Assembly (NCBI GenBank): GCA_021825585.1
Contig: JAKAGT010000008.1
Location: forward strand, 53,513-117,512
Direction of reading: 5' to 3'
DNA: 64,000 nucleotides
Source of the DNA: Bacteroidota bacterium
GTDB taxonomy: Bacteria > Bacteroidota > Ignavibacteria > Kryptoniales > JAKASW01
Of this stretch, positions 1 to 10,655 are shown in pieces. Each line of letters begins with the position of its first letter. Position 1 is the first letter of the stretch. The notes under the pieces are model-generated. The model saw nothing but the letters and a program-made list of their open reading frames with translations, did no database searches and was not told the DNA's origin. The position numbers were made by a program, and so were the translations under genes.

Positions 1-1186
1 GGTGCTTGATTTTTCTGGAAGCGTTGCTGCGTACCCAGATCCCTATCAGCCAGAGGCCGCTGAACCCGCGTTTGGACAATCCGGCGAGTTCGTCATCCGG
101 AATCTGATCGAGACGCGTTATCGAACGACTGTATTTCCTGCTGAGCTGATCCAGCCAGACAAAAATGTTCTTGGCAATCAAAACGAGATTTGGCATCCAA
201 TTCAGGTCGACACTGAAATTTTCGCGTTCGTGCTCGATGCCTCTGAAACCCGGAATCGGAACAGGTTCTTTCTCACCAAATCCGAAAAAATCAGCCTGAA
301 CTACGCCCGGTATCCTCGATTTCTCCGCCTGGGCCTGCGCAAGCATCAGGAAGTACTTCCCCTCCTCGTTTATAAAATCAACTGCCCCGAGCAGCCTTCG
401 CATATGAGGGGATTTCGAAAGTATCGATCCCCAATGTCTTACGATAAACTGAAGCTGGTCGGCAATGGAGTCAGGATGTGCCTCAACTGGAGCAAGTAGC
501 ATTTTTATGAGCGGAGCGTTGGTCGGACCATATCCCGGCTGTGCCTCAAAGAATGCCTCAACGTCGGACATGATAGTCTCGTATGATGAACCATCCTTCA
601 GATGTGAATCGTCGACAAGTTCATAGATGGAATTGAAGGAAGGGTTCCTGTTCTCGAGCCATAGCAAAATGAGCTCCTTCATTATAACATGTCGTCTTGA
701 GTCTCCGCTTACCTCGCCTCTCAAGAACTCCGTCGGTGACTCCTCGTTCCGGTAAATGGAATTGGGCGGGAATGACTCGACAAACTGTTCAAAACACTGT
801 TCTACGTTGGGTTGCCCCAAGTCACTTGCCAGGGCAATGTTCAATTTAGAAAACGCATCCGGATTGATCTCATCTACGTAGGAATCAATTACGAAATGAA
901 GGACCTCATGGAAAATTCCCAGGGCATTAATCTCACTCGGAGAGACTTGCTTCATACTCTCCCGGGAGATTTCCGGCAAAGATTCGAGCCGTTTTGATCG
1001 CCCTTCGTTGATCCGGCCCGCGAAAAGCTGCGCAGCCCGGAAATTCATGAAAACGACGTCTCCGGTCAGAGAAAAGAACACTTCGTCGAAATTGTAGATA
1101 TCCCTGGCCTTGCGGGAGATATGGAATTCGTATGTCGGTAAGTGCGATTCAGTCTGCAATTCTATACGTTCCCCTTTGTTCGGCAT
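1..1186 (-). CDS. Large alpha-amylase-family (GH13) protein, N-terminal part; runs off the window edge
   Basis: Not in the ORF track. Manual translation from ATG at 1186 stays open to base 1 (MPNKGERIELQ...WMPNLVLIAKNIFVWLDQLSRKYSRSITRLDQIPDDELAGLSKRGFSGLWLIGIWVRS...). The end resembles the start of a GH13 barrel (L..L...GF.G.WL.G.W). Confidence 0.75.
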   Translation of the reverse strand, partial: MPNKGERIELQTESHLPTYEFHISRKARDIYNFDEVFFSLTGDVVFMNFRAAQLFAGRINEGRSKRLESLPEISRESMKQVSPSEINALGIFHEVLHFVIDSYVDEINPDAFSKLNIALASDLGQPNVEQCFEQFVESFPPNSIYRNEESPTEFLRGEVSGDSRRHVIMKELILLWLENRNPSFNSIYELVDDSHLKDGSSYETIMSDVEAFFEAQPGYGPTNAPLIKMLLAPVEAHPDSIADQLQFIVRHWGSILSKSPHMRRLLGAVDFINEEGKYFLMLAQAQAEKSRIPGVVQADFFGFGEKEPVPIPGFRGIEHERENFSVDLNWMPNLVLIAKNIFVWLDQLSRKYSRSITRLDQIPDDELAGLSKRGFSGLWLIGIWVRSNASRKIKH

Positions 1187-1358
1187 CGCCTGAATCTATT
1201 TAACCACGCCTTAAAATGCTAACCTCGAACTGAACTCATCTATCAGGCCTTATTCCCACCAAGCAGAGCTTCGTGTTTCGTCCAGACTTCTGTGCAGAAT
1301 CCGCCTTAAACCTGGGACTGTTCCACAATCCGGCGAGGCACCAAAGGGACTAATTTTC

Positions 1359-1387
1359 TTGACTTTTACTGCATGCTTGTCTAATTT
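1359..1387 (+). promoter_or_regulatory. Sigma70-type promoter for the cpoB-like gene
   Basis: TTGACT-17bp-TAATTT; GGAGG SD before ATG 1428. Confidence 0.6.
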
Positions 1388-1427
1388 CATTCGAATTTGT
1401 GAACAAAACCCCGAGGAGGGAAATTCA

Positions 1428-2222
1428 ATGAAACACTTGCTGCATGGGGCATCATATCTAGTCGGCGGTCTCCTGTTCGTTACGGGTCTTTTCTTGAGTG
1501 GATGTGGAACGAGTGTCCAGACGGCGCAGGATCACGGTGCTGCTGACTCAGCGACAGTTTCCTCGCTTCAATCCAGGACAGACAGGTTGCAGTCCGAAAA
1601 CTCCCAGCTTCGAACCACGGTCTCACAACTTGAGCAGGATAAGCGGGCATTGAACGCGAAAGTTGCGGACCTCACTTCAAAGCTTGGGCAGAGCAGTCAG
1701 CAATGGCAGGATCTGGAAGACTTGCAGAGCCGGGTGAACAGTTTGGATTCCGAGCTCACAATACAGCGGCAAATCAACCGTGACCTGAGTGCCAAGAATG
1801 CCGATATGGAGAGGCAGATGATAACCGGCGGGGCGGGCACTGTTACGACCAGTGCTGAGTTCGAGAGGCAATATAACGAAGGGCTGCGATCCTTCCGGGC
1901 AAGGAATTACAAAAGTGCTATATCGGTTTTCAACGGGCTGGCAGCGAGTCGCGTGAATACCCCATTGATGAGCAACACGCACTATTGGCTCGGTGAGTGC
2001 TATTACGCCCTGCAAAGATATAACGATGCCATCCATGAATTTCAAAAGACACTTTCATATCCCAAGAGCTACAAAGAGGGCGCTGCATACGTGATGCTTG
2101 GAATGTCCTATCTGAGGCTGGGCAACAAGGAAAGCGCAAGGGACACCTGGAATAGATTGATAGCCAGGGATCCGAAATCGCAATTTGCCGCGCGGGCGAG
2201 GGAATACTTAAAGCAGCTTTGA
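1428..2222 (+). CDS. CpoB/YbgF-like lipoprotein with coiled coil and C-terminal TPRs
   Basis: Lipobox LFLSGC; heptad coiled-coil region; TPR segment YNEGL...YWLGECYY...AYVMLG...PKSQFA. Start reassigned to the SD-preceded ATG 1428. Confidence 0.7.
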   Translation: MKHLLHGASYLVGGLLFVTGLFLSGCGTSVQTAQDHGAADSATVSSLQSRTDRLQSENSQLRTTVSQLEQDKRALNAKVADLTSKLGQSSQQWQDLEDLQSRVNSLDSELTIQRQINRDLSAKNADMERQMITGGAGTVTTSAEFERQYNEGLRSFRARNYKSAISVFNGLAASRVNTPLMSNTHYWLGECYYALQRYNDAIHEFQKTLSYPKSYKEGAAYVMLGMSYLRLGNKESARDTWNRLIARDPKSQFAARAREYLKQL

Positions 2223-2242
2223 CGCGCGGGAAGCGTTTCTAA

Positions 2243-3907
2243 TCAGGAGCCGTTGCCGCCTTTGAAGGCGCCAGCGGCTCTAATTTTTTCCGCAAGGTTC
2301 CGCTCGTCTGTTTGCCCGTTTGTATCGATTCTGAAAAAACCGGATGGGTTCTTCAAAGCATAGTTCAGAAGTATTCTCAATGGGACAAAGTCTCCGGCGA
2401 TTGCATCAGAATTCTTGAGAAGGAATGCCAATCCGGGTTCGAGCTCCTGATCCGCTGAGACGACCGGCCCGCTTACAATTCCCGTTCGCACTTTGTAGAG
2501 ATGATAACGATTTGTCTCCAACCATCCGCAAATGAAGTTTGCCCTGCCGATCGGCCCGTTCAACAGCTTCTGGCGGGAAGACGCTTTCTCGAGAGTCTCG
2601 ATGAGGTCTCTTGCCGCAGCCGCCTCCTCAAACTCCAATTTCTTAGCGAGTTCGTCAAGCCTGATGCGCAGTTCCGAAGTGAGCTTCTCGAGAGAACCGC
2701 TCAGGAACTCCTCTACTGCCTCCACTTCCCTGCTGTAGTCTTCTATTCCAACCGCTCCTCTGCAGGGCGCAGCACATCTCTCCATGTAGAAGTAAAGACA
2801 CGGATCGAAGGGTTTGGAGAATTCCTTCTCGCATTTCACCAGCTTGAAATATTTGTCGGCAGCAAATAGGATCTGCTCCGCGATGAACGAACTCTCAAAC
2901 GGCCCGTAATATCTTCCTTCCTCATCCAGCTCGTACACCAGGTCGAGCCGGTCAAATTTCCTGTCGCTGGTCAGTCTAATGAAGGGAAAACGACGGGAGT
3001 TGACCATCTGTGAATTGAAGCGCGGCTGAAACTGCCTTATGAGTCGAAGTTCCTGGAGAAGCGCGTGCAGCTCCGAGGAAGTGGTTTCGAGTTCCAGCCT
3101 GGCGGCTTCCTTGAGCATTCTTCGTACTTTGTCCGCATCCTTGGCATTCTCCGTCAGATACGAGGCAATTCTCATCTTAAGATTCTTGGCCTTGCCGATG
3201 TAAATTATCTCGTCATCTGAATTGAACACCTTATAAACACCCGGTTCGTTCGGCGCCGACATCATCGCCTGCTTGAACACGTTCTGATTCTTATGTTTGT
3301 CGATTCCGTAGGGCACGTTCTGAAACCGAAGGAGCTCTTCGAGATCGACGACTTCATGCCGCTCGCGAATAATCTCCAGTAGCTCTATCAATAGGTGTGC
3401 GGTTGCGCGTGCGTCGCCGTATGCGCGATGTCTGTCGCCGATTCTGATTCCGAGGTGCCTGCACACGTGGTCCAGCGCCTTCCTCTGCAGATGCGGGAAA
3501 ATCCGAGAGCTCAGCTTGCGGGTGCAGAGCTGTGGCATCTCAAAATCCAAACCCGACCTGGCAAGCTCACTCCGGACAAACCCGTAGTCGAACTGAGAGT
3601 TGTGGGCGGTAAACACGGTCCCTTCAAGAAACTCAGAGACTCTTGATGATATCTCGTCAAAGGAGGGCGCCCCGTAAACCATTTCATTCGTGATTCCCGT
3701 CATGTTCTGGATGAAATTCGGTATGTGCCTCCCCGGATTGACGAGCGAAGAGAATTCATCGATGATCTTTCCCCTGCGGACTTTGTACGCTGCAAACTCT
3801 ATTATCCGCTCGCCGGCGGCCGCCGAACCGGTAGTTTCAACATCCACAACCGAAAATATGGCATCATGAAAGCTCTCTCCGGAATTCGAATCGCCTTCGA
3901 ACATCAA
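2243..3907 (-). CDS. DnaQ-like DEDDh 3'-5' exonuclease fused to UvrC-type GIY-YIG endonuclease, Cys-rich and UVR domains
   Basis: DVETTG, AHNSQFD, HRAYGDA; PGVYKVF..IIYIGKAKNLKMRI; C..PCLYFYMERCAAPC; LEFEEAAAARD. Confidence 0.85.
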   Translation of the reverse strand: MMFEGDSNSGESFHDAIFSVVDVETTGSAAAGERIIEFAAYKVRRGKIIDEFSSLVNPGRHIPNFIQNMTGITNEMVYGAPSFDEISSRVSEFLEGTVFTAHNSQFDYGFVRSELARSGLDFEMPQLCTRKLSSRIFPHLQRKALDHVCRHLGIRIGDRHRAYGDARATAHLLIELLEIIRERHEVVDLEELLRFQNVPYGIDKHKNQNVFKQAMMSAPNEPGVYKVFNSDDEIIYIGKAKNLKMRIASYLTENAKDADKVRRMLKEAARLELETTSSELHALLQELRLIRQFQPRFNSQMVNSRRFPFIRLTSDRKFDRLDLVYELDEEGRYYGPFESSFIAEQILFAADKYFKLVKCEKEFSKPFDPCLYFYMERCAAPCRGAVGIEDYSREVEAVEEFLSGSLEKLTSELRIRLDELAKKLEFEEAAAARDLIETLEKASSRQKLLNGPIGRANFICGWLETNRYHLYKVRTGIVSGPVVSADQELEPGLAFLLKNSDAIAGDFVPLRILLNYALKNPSGFFRIDTNGQTDERNLAEKIRAAGAFKGGNGS

Positions 3908-4815
3908 TGCATCTCAATAGTACGAGCTATTCCGGCGGCAATTTGATCCGCGATTGCCTCCACCATGTTATCCGGAACTCCGTCGTAATGCTTCGATTTT
4001 AGACGCATGTCACATATCTCGTTCACATAGTCTATCACAACGAACTTCCTTTCCGCGGTCAGGGCTATCTCGGTGGAGAAGAAATCCAGGCCGCAAACGG
4101 AATAAATCATTCTGACAATATTTTTGATCTCATGGAGGCTATACCTGTTCATATCCGCCTCAGATGCCTCAACGTATAAGTGGGTTAAATCGTCCCACCA
4201 GCAGACAAATACCTCGCCGTAAACATAGAAGGGTCTGAACCACGCGCGCCGACCGTCGAAGACCACAGGCTCTATCCTCTGCTGCAGCAAATACTTGTCG
4301 TCCTTATTGTGCTGTCTGGTATCCACTACCTCACGCAGGCCCTCCGCCCCTGTCACGACGCCGATTCCGCCTCCCGTAGTATTTGCCGGCTTGATGATGA
4401 ACGGACGCCCGAGCTGAGCCAGCTCGCTGAGGCTTAGCTTCACTTCCCGCTGCGAGTTGTACGGCGATATGATAATGGTATAAGGAACGTGAATACCGGC
4501 AGTGATGAATTCCAGATGCATCGATGCCTTATCGGATGCGTGCGTGATCTTCAAAGGATCGTTGAGAATTGGTATGTCCCTGTGCTTCAGCAGGTGTATA
4601 ATCGCCTCACAGGCTTCGTCCACATCAGACGCCCTATCGACGACCGACCTGAATGAGATCGCTCTGTGCCGCACTTCCTCGAGCGTCTTTTCAAATTCGG
4701 TTACATAAATGACCTGATATGAAATGTTTTTCGAGCTGAATTTGTTCGAAAGGACGGAGATGAAATCGGCGTCGTATTCCCATTCATAGAATATCGCACA
4801 GTCTATCGTTTTCAT
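3904..4815 (-). CDS. ATP-grasp fold protein (RimK-like), function unknown
   Basis: DKASMH, PFIIKPANTTGGGIGV, YLLQQRI, DFFSTEI, VIDYVNE; 4-nt overlap with the downstream nuclease gene. Confidence 0.65.
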   Translation of the reverse strand: MKTIDCAIFYEWEYDADFISVLSNKFSSKNISYQVIYVTEFEKTLEEVRHRAISFRSVVDRASDVDEACEAIIHLLKHRDIPILNDPLKITHASDKASMHLEFITAGIHVPYTIIISPYNSQREVKLSLSELAQLGRPFIIKPANTTGGGIGVVTGAEGLREVVDTRQHNKDDKYLLQQRIEPVVFDGRRAWFRPFYVYGEVFVCWWDDLTHLYVEASEADMNRYSLHEIKNIVRMIYSVCGLDFFSTEIALTAERKFVVIDYVNEICDMRLKSKHYDGVPDNMVEAIADQIAAGIARTIEMH

Positions 4816-4956
4816 TTCGAGTAATTTAAGAAGCTTTCTTCTGAATTGAATGGCCGAAAAGTAAGCTTAAATTTGACCGACACTGCGAGGCAGACGTCTG
4901 ATGGAGGGATCCTCTCTATTCAAAGGGCGGGACGAAATCGGCGACCGCCTACCGCA

Positions 4957-4985
4957 TTGAAACTGGCGCGGCCTGAAACTAAATT
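4957..4985 (+). promoter_or_regulatory. Promoter of uvrA
   Basis: TTGAAA-17bp-TAAATT, ending 10 nt before ATG 4996. Confidence 0.55.
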
Positions 4986-4995
4986 CCAGACTCAG

Positions 4996-7896
4996 ATGGA
5001 AAAGACACCCGACACATCGAAGATCGTAATCAGGGGCGCGCGACAGCACAACCTGAAATCCATTGATCTTGAACTTCCCCGTGACAGGTTCATCGTCATT
5101 ACCGGCTTGAGCGGAAGTGGAAAATCATCTCTCGCGTTCGATACGATTTATGCCGAAGGACAACGGCGCTACCTGGAAACAATGATGTCCTACGCGCGAC
5201 AGTTCCTGCAGGTGCTGGAAAGACCGGATGTCGACTTGATTGAAGGCCTCAGTCCTTCAGTCGCAATCGAACAGAAGACCATAAGCTCGAATCCGCATTC
5301 TACGGTCGGGACCGTTACCGAGATTTACGACTACATAAGGCTTCTATTCGCGAAAGTCGGCACTCAGTTCTGCGTAAAATGCAACATACCTGTCCAGCAG
5401 CAGGCTCCAGACCAGATACTTCAGTCTATCCTCGCCGATTTCAACAACAAGAACGTAATTCTCCTGGCACCGCTAATAGTCGGAAGAAAAGGACATTACC
5501 GGGAGCTCTTCAGGGAATTGATGGCCGAAGGTTTCGTCCAGGTACGGGTTGACGGGTCCCTCCGGGATTTGCAGGATGGAATGCAGCTTTCCCGCTACGG
5601 AACACACACTATCGAGTTGGTGATCGACAAGCTGAAAATTCAGAAGCGGTCGCTCGGCAGGATGCGCGATTCGCTCAAACTCGCCCTCGAAAGAGGAGCA
5701 GGAACAATTATACTGTTTGATCACGATTTGAAGAAGGACCATTTCTTCAGCAGACTGAGGTCTTGCCCGAAGTGCGGCACGAGTTATCCGGACCTCGCCC
5801 CGAATTCATTCTCCTTCAATTCAAAATTCGGGATGTGCAGGACCTGCAACGGAACGGGTCTCAGCAGGGATATAACGCCGGAAGCCCTTGTAGTCGATCC
5901 GAAGCTTTCCATAACTGAAGGTGCCCTCCTGTTTCCGAAGCGCGACGATTTCTTCCTGATGAGCCTTCTGAACGGTGTCCTCGAACCCCATGGTGTTAAT
6001 GCCAACACCCCGTTCATCGAGTTCGATCCGACGATAAAGGATCTCATCTTCTTCGGAAAGAACCAGAAAAAGAACAAGAAGGGAATCAAGTTCGCGGGCG
6101 TGTCCATATCGAACTTGAATGCCAAGTTCGAAGGCCTGATACCGATGCTGCAGAATCTCGATTTCGAAGTCTATTTCGGAAGCGAATACAGAAACATCGA
6201 AGCGCATTTGCCATTTGCCGAATGCAGCGACTGCGAAGGCACAAGACTACGTCCGGAAAGCAGGTTCGTACGTGTGCTGGATGCCGACGGAAACGAGCTG
6301 ACCATCAACTTCGCGGTTAAAAAGTCCATAGACAAAGTAAGCTCCTATTTCGACGAGCTGAAACTATCCAAACGCAATTTGAAGATCGCACAGCCGATCC
6401 TACATGAGATAAGGACCCGGCTGAAGTTCCTGCTGAATGTTGGACTGGACTATCTGAACCTGAATCGACCGTCCGGGACATTGTCCGGCGGTGAATCGCA
6501 GCGAATCAGGCTTGCGACGCAAATCGGATCTCAGCTGACGGGCGTGTTGTACGTTATCGACGAGCCGTCGATAGGGCTACACCAGCGTGATAATATAAGA
6601 TTGATAGACTCGTTGAAATCCCTGCGCGACATGGGAAATACGGTCCTTGTAGTCGAGCACGACAGAGAAACCATGGAAAATGCCGATTACATCGTCGATT
6701 TAGGGCCCGGAGCCGGCGAACACGGCGGCTCAGTCGTGGTTGCAGGTTCGCTCAGTGACATCTTGAAGGAAAGGAAGGACTCGCTCACCGCAGCTTACCT
6801 TCGGGACGAGAAGGAAATTCCGGTCAGGAGCAAAGAGCAGCTCAGAAAGCCAAACGGTTCGTTCGTTACCCTCGAAGGAGCGTCAGGAAACAATCTGAAG
6901 CAAATCAACGCGAAATTTCCGCTCGGGCTTTTCATATGTATAACCGGGGTGAGCGGATCGGGAAAATCGAGCCTGATCAACGACACGCTTTACAGGATTC
7001 TCGGAAAACATTTCTACCGGCTTGCAGAGCAGCCGCTTCCCTACCGGTCAATATCAGGAATTGATCACGTCGACAAGGTTGTGGACGTGGACCAATCGCC
7101 AATTGGGAGGACGCCCCGCTCAAATCCGGCAACGTATGTCGGAGTGTTCACGGCAATCCGCGATCTCTTCGCGCAGCTTCCGGAATCCAAAATCCGCGGG
7201 TATAAGCCTGGACGGTTCTCGTTCAACGTACAGGAGGGGCGCTGCCCGGCCTGCGAAGGCGACGGGATGCGGAAGATCGAGATGAGTTTTCTCCCGGACG
7301 TTTACGTAAAATGCGAGGTCTGCAACGGAAAGCGCTATGGCGCGGCTACGCTCGATGTCAGATATAAAGGGAAGACAATAGCCGACGTGCTGGAAATGAC
7401 GGTCGAGGACGCGCACGCACTCTTTGAAGAGATACCGGCGGTAAAACGGAAGTTGCAGACGATGAATGAGGTGGGGCTCGGATACCTCCGGCTCGGTCAA
7501 TCTTCGACAACCCTCTCGGGCGGAGAGGCACAGCGCGTCAAACTGGCGACCGAGCTTTCAAAGGTCGCAACCGGAAAGACGATGTATATCCTGGATGAAC
7601 CGACGACGGGACTGCATTTTGAAGATATTCGAATTCTGCTTGGCTTGCTGCACAGGCTCGTGGACAAGGGAAACACTGTGATAGTCGTGGAACACAATCT
7701 CGATGTGATAAAGTGTGCCGACTGGATAATCGACCTCGGGCCCGAAGGAGGTGAGGCAGGCGGATATATCGTCGCTGAGGGGCCTCCGGAGAAGGTGATA
7801 AAAAACGCAAAATCCTACACTGCCCACTATCTGGCCAAATGCTTCAAGAATGGAACAAGCGGAACTTCCGGAAGAAATAGCAAGAGAACTGTCTGA
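4996..7896 (+). CDS. uvrA: Excinuclease ABC subunit A
   Basis: [31 protein letters not shown], two LSGGE signatures, zinc fingers, [11 protein letters not shown]. Start likely ATG 4996 rather than TTG 4846. Confidence 0.97.
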   Translation: MEKTPDTSKIVIRGARQHNLKSIDLELPRDRFIVITGLSGSGKSSLAFDTIYAEGQRRYLETMMSYARQFLQVLERPDVDLIEGLSPSVAIEQKTISSNPHSTVGTVTEIYDYIRLLFAKVGTQFCVKCNIPVQQQAPDQILQSILADFNNKNVILLAPLIVGRKGHYRELFRELMAEGFVQVRVDGSLRDLQDGMQLSRYGTHTIELVIDKLKIQKRSLGRMRDSLKLALERGAGTIILFDHDLKKDHFFSRLRSCPKCGTSYPDLAPNSFSFNSKFGMCRTCNGTGLSRDITPEALVVDPKLSITEGALLFPKRDDFFLMSLLNGVLEPHGVNANTPFIEFDPTIKDLIFFGKNQKKNKKGIKFAGVSISNLNAKFEGLIPMLQNLDFEVYFGSEYRNIEAHLPFAECSDCEGTRLRPESRFVRVLDADGNELTINFAVKKSIDKVSSYFDELKLSKRNLKIAQPILHEIRTRLKFLLNVGLDYLNLNRPSGTLSGGESQRIRLATQIGSQLTGVLYVIDEPSIGLHQRDNIRLIDSLKSLRDMGNTVLVVEHDRETMENADYIVDLGPGAGEHGGSVVVAGSLSDILKERKDSLTAAYLRDEKEIPVRSKEQLRKPNGSFVTLEGASGNNLKQINAKFPLGLFICITGVSGSGKSSLINDTLYRILGKHFYRLAEQPLPYRSISGIDHVDKVVDVDQSPIGRTPRSNPATYVGVFTAIRDLFAQLPESKIRGYKPGRFSFNVQEGRCPACEGDGMRKIEMSFLPDVYVKCEVCNGKRYGAATLDVRYKGKTIADVLEMTVEDAHALFEEIPAVKRKLQTMNEVGLGYLRLGQSSTTLSGGEAQRVKLATELSKVATGKTMYILDEPTTGLHFEDIRILLGLLHRLVDKGNTVIVVEHNLDVIKCADWIIDLGPEGGEAGGYIVAEGPPEKVIKNAKSYTAHYLAKCFKNGTSGTSGRNSKRTV

Positions 7897-8188
7897 GGCC
7901 CGAAAGGCCCTCGACGACGGTAATGCCGGGAAAGCGCGTGTCTGCGGGCGAAGAGCCGTCGGTAAAGCCTTCGCTCAGTCGCGGTACTCCGGGGGTATCA
8001 TAAAGGCAATCAGTTCAAACGAGAGCCTGAAGTTGATTTCTAAGATGGAAGAACTTCCTGCAGACGTACGAGCCGCCGCCAGGAGATTGTCGACAAGTGT
8101 CGCCGACGCGACGAGTTCACCTGTCTCGGCTGAGCCGATAAGTGATGCCCTCGTAATAGTCCGGGCATTGCTGGACTTACGAGAATAG
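7850..8188 (+). CDS. Small helical hypothetical protein
   Basis: 112-aa ORF overlapping the uvrA 3' end; motif GNAGKARVCGRRAVG; fills the gap to aroE. Confidence 0.6.
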   Translation: MEQAELPEEIARELSEARKALDDGNAGKARVCGRRAVGKAFAQSRYSGGIIKAISSNESLKLISKMEELPADVRAAARRLSTSVADATSSPVSAEPISDALVIVRALLDLRE

Positions 8189-8261
8189 AACAGGCGAAAT
8201 TCCCTTCCCCTTTCAACCCTTATTCAGCCTCAACAGGACCGGCGCCACGGTCACGGCTATT

Positions 8262-9170
8262 TCAGTGGACCACAGTCTTGCGCCTTGCAGTCACACGCGC
8301 TGCTATGAATCTCGGATCCAGCTTTGCGCGGACCTTGTCCAGAGGCATTGACATTCCGGTCCAAATCTCGAACGATTTTGCGGCCTGGTTATAAAGCATG
8401 TCGATCCCGCTGACAGTTGTCGCATTCTTCTTCCTGGCGTCCCTCAGAAACCGCGTCTCGACAGGATTATAAACGAGGTCGAAAAATATCTTACCCTCAA
8501 GATCTTTGGGATCTGCCGTCATTACATTCTCGTCCGGCGATGGCGACATGCCCACAGACGTGGCGTTTATGACCAGCCTGCTTGATTCTATGACATTTCC
8601 TTCATCAAGGTTGTGCAGCTCGACAACTTTGAGGTTGTTGTAGTTCTGTGAATCCGAGAAGAATTTCTTCATCAGCTCGGCCCGCGAAACGTCCCGGTTG
8701 ATCACGAATATCTGGGCGGGATGGTAATACGAGATAAGCGAGTATACAGCGGCGCGCGCGCCTCCGCCCGCACCGAACACGGTAACAGACTGATCGGCAA
8801 TCTGCTCGCGATAAGGCTTCAGTGCTTCGACGACACCGTCGATGTCGGTGTTGTATCCCACGAGAGAGTCGTTTTCTATATGGATTGTGTTTACTGCGCC
8901 CACCAGTCTCGCATCCGCAGAAAGCTCATCGATGAACTCCATCACAGCTTCTTTGTGCGGAATCGTCACGTTACATCCCACAATCCCGAGTGCCATTAGT
9001 CCTTTCAGCGCCTCCCGCAGATTCTTCGGATGGACATCGAACGTGGCGTAGTGATAGTCCTGGTTTGTAATTTTGAACGCGGTCTCATGAATCATAGGAG
9101 ACCAACTGTGCGAAATCGGATGACCGATTAAGCCGACGAGCTTACCGTGACTCTTTATACTTCTTTTCAT
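8262..9170 (-). CDS. aroE: Shikimate dehydrogenase
   Basis: GHPISHSWSP, NVTIPHK, GAVNT, GYNTD, GAGGGARA, DLVYNP. Confidence 0.95.
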   Translation of the reverse strand: MKRSIKSHGKLVGLIGHPISHSWSPMIHETAFKITNQDYHYATFDVHPKNLREALKGLMALGIVGCNVTIPHKEAVMEFIDELSADARLVGAVNTIHIENDSLVGYNTDIDGVVEALKPYREQIADQSVTVFGAGGGARAAVYSLISYYHPAQIFVINRDVSRAELMKKFFSDSQNYNNLKVVELHNLDEGNVIESSRLVINATSVGMSPSPDENVMTADPKDLEGKIFFDLVYNPVETRFLRDARKKNATTVSGIDMLYNQAAKSFEIWTGMSMPLDKVRAKLDPRFIAARVTARRKTVVH

Positions 9171-10605
9171 TTACCAACCATTCATATACAGGGAATACGA
9201 ACTTAATGAGAATTTCCGGATTTGAATGCTGAATCTGACCAAAGTCCTGAAAGAATGTATTTATTTTATGAGGCTCAAGCTCAAGCGCCTTCTTCGCGCT
9301 GTCTATCGCTTCGACAAACTGACCGATCTGAAGGCAGCACTTACATTTCTGATAGTAAGCTTCCCCCCACTCCGGCGAGATACGCGTGACCTCATTATAA
9401 ACGTCCAACGCCTCTTCATATTTCTCACACTCGACTAGTGCGTCTCCCAGGTCGAGCCAGCCGTCGACGTTTTCAGGCTGGAGCCGTGTGACACGCCGGT
9501 AACTGTCGACTGCCGCCGGGAACATCTCCAGCGTGAATTCGACATCGCCGCGGGCATGCCATATGTCGGGGTCCGAGGCGCTCAACCCGGTAGCTTTGGT
9601 AAAATCACTTAGTGCCTTCCTGTACATGCTCATGGCATCGTGACATACCGCCCTGCCAAAAAGAGACTCGACATGGTCAGGATCATTCTTCAGGGCCTCG
9701 CTGTAGCACCTGATTGCGTCCTTGTAATCCCCCAGCTCTTCGTACGCCGTTGCCATATTATGCCAGGACGCTACGTCCTTAGGTTCGTACTTAAGAGTCG
9801 TCTTGTAACTCTCTATGGCCTCACGAAGCTTACCCATGCTGAGAAGCGCATTGCTTCTATTATACCATGCAGCACTGAACTTCTCTTCGATCGCTATTGC
9901 CATGTCATAACTCTCAACGGCGGTTTGGTACTTGCCGAGAGCGTTCAGGGAAATGCCCCTATTGTACCACGCCCTGTAATTGTATGGGTCAAGTTCGATA
10001 ACCCGGTCATAACACTTGAGCGATTTGTCGGGCTGGTCGAGATAATCATAACAATATGCGAGCTCAAACCAAGCGTCCTTGTCCGTTGAATCAAGCTCAC
10101 TCAGGTATCTGAATACTTTTGAAGCTTCGTCGAAGCGTGTAAGCTTCTCCAGGATCACGCCCTTGTTCATCAACGCTTCGTAGGAGCCGGGATCGATATC
10201 GAGAGCTCTCTCGATACTCTCGAGTGCCTCCTCATACTTATCGAGCATCTGCAGACAGCTTGACCTGCCAATCAGGGCATCGACTTCGATGGGATTGAAC
10301 TCGAGCGCTCTCGTGTAATCTTCCAGGGCTTCCTCAAACTTACCCAGAGTTTCGTTAATTTCTCCCCGTTTATACCAATTCTCAGCACTGACGGGCATGA
10401 CGGAAAGCAGCTTGTTTGCGAAGAACAAGGCATCTTCGTACTTGTCCTGGCTGGTGAAATAGTCGATTATCTCTTCCAGGGCCGCAATGCTTGAAAAAGT
10501 CGGCTCTTCCTTGCGAAGGCGCCTTATTTCCTCACTGATATTGCGCTTTTCGAACTCGTCGTATTCATCGTCATCTAGCGTGAAATCAAAATCGTCACTA
10601 TTCAT
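9142..10605 (-). CDS. Tetratricopeptide-repeat protein
   Basis: Many TPR units (AWYNRG, AWFELA, SWHNMA...); acidic N-terminus. Confidence 0.85.
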   Translation of the reverse strand: MNSDDFDFTLDDDEYDEFEKRNISEEIRRLRKEEPTFSSIAALEEIIDYFTSQDKYEDALFFANKLLSVMPVSAENWYKRGEINETLGKFEEALEDYTRALEFNPIEVDALIGRSSCLQMLDKYEEALESIERALDIDPGSYEALMNKGVILEKLTRFDEASKVFRYLSELDSTDKDAWFELAYCYDYLDQPDKSLKCYDRVIELDPYNYRAWYNRGISLNALGKYQTAVESYDMAIAIEEKFSAAWYNRSNALLSMGKLREAIESYKTTLKYEPKDVASWHNMATAYEELGDYKDAIRCYSEALKNDPDHVESLFGRAVCHDAMSMYRKALSDFTKATGLSASDPDIWHARGDVEFTLEMFPAAVDSYRRVTRLQPENVDGWLDLGDALVECEKYEEALDVYNEVTRISPEWGEAYYQKCKCCLQIGQFVEAIDSAKKALELEPHKINTFFQDFGQIQHSNPEILIKFVFPVYEWLVNEKKYKESR

Positions 10606-10626
10606 ATGGATTCCTGAGCGTGGTTC

Positions 10627-10655
10627 AAGATATTCTCGTCAAAACTAAAAATCAA
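10627..10655 (-). promoter_or_regulatory. Promoter of the TPR-aroE unit
   Basis: TTGATT-17bp-TATCTT on the minus strand. Confidence 0.5.

Noticed and set aside
2-997. Plus-strand ORFs 2..499 and 812..997
   Set aside because: Antisense shadows of the minus-strand GH13 gene
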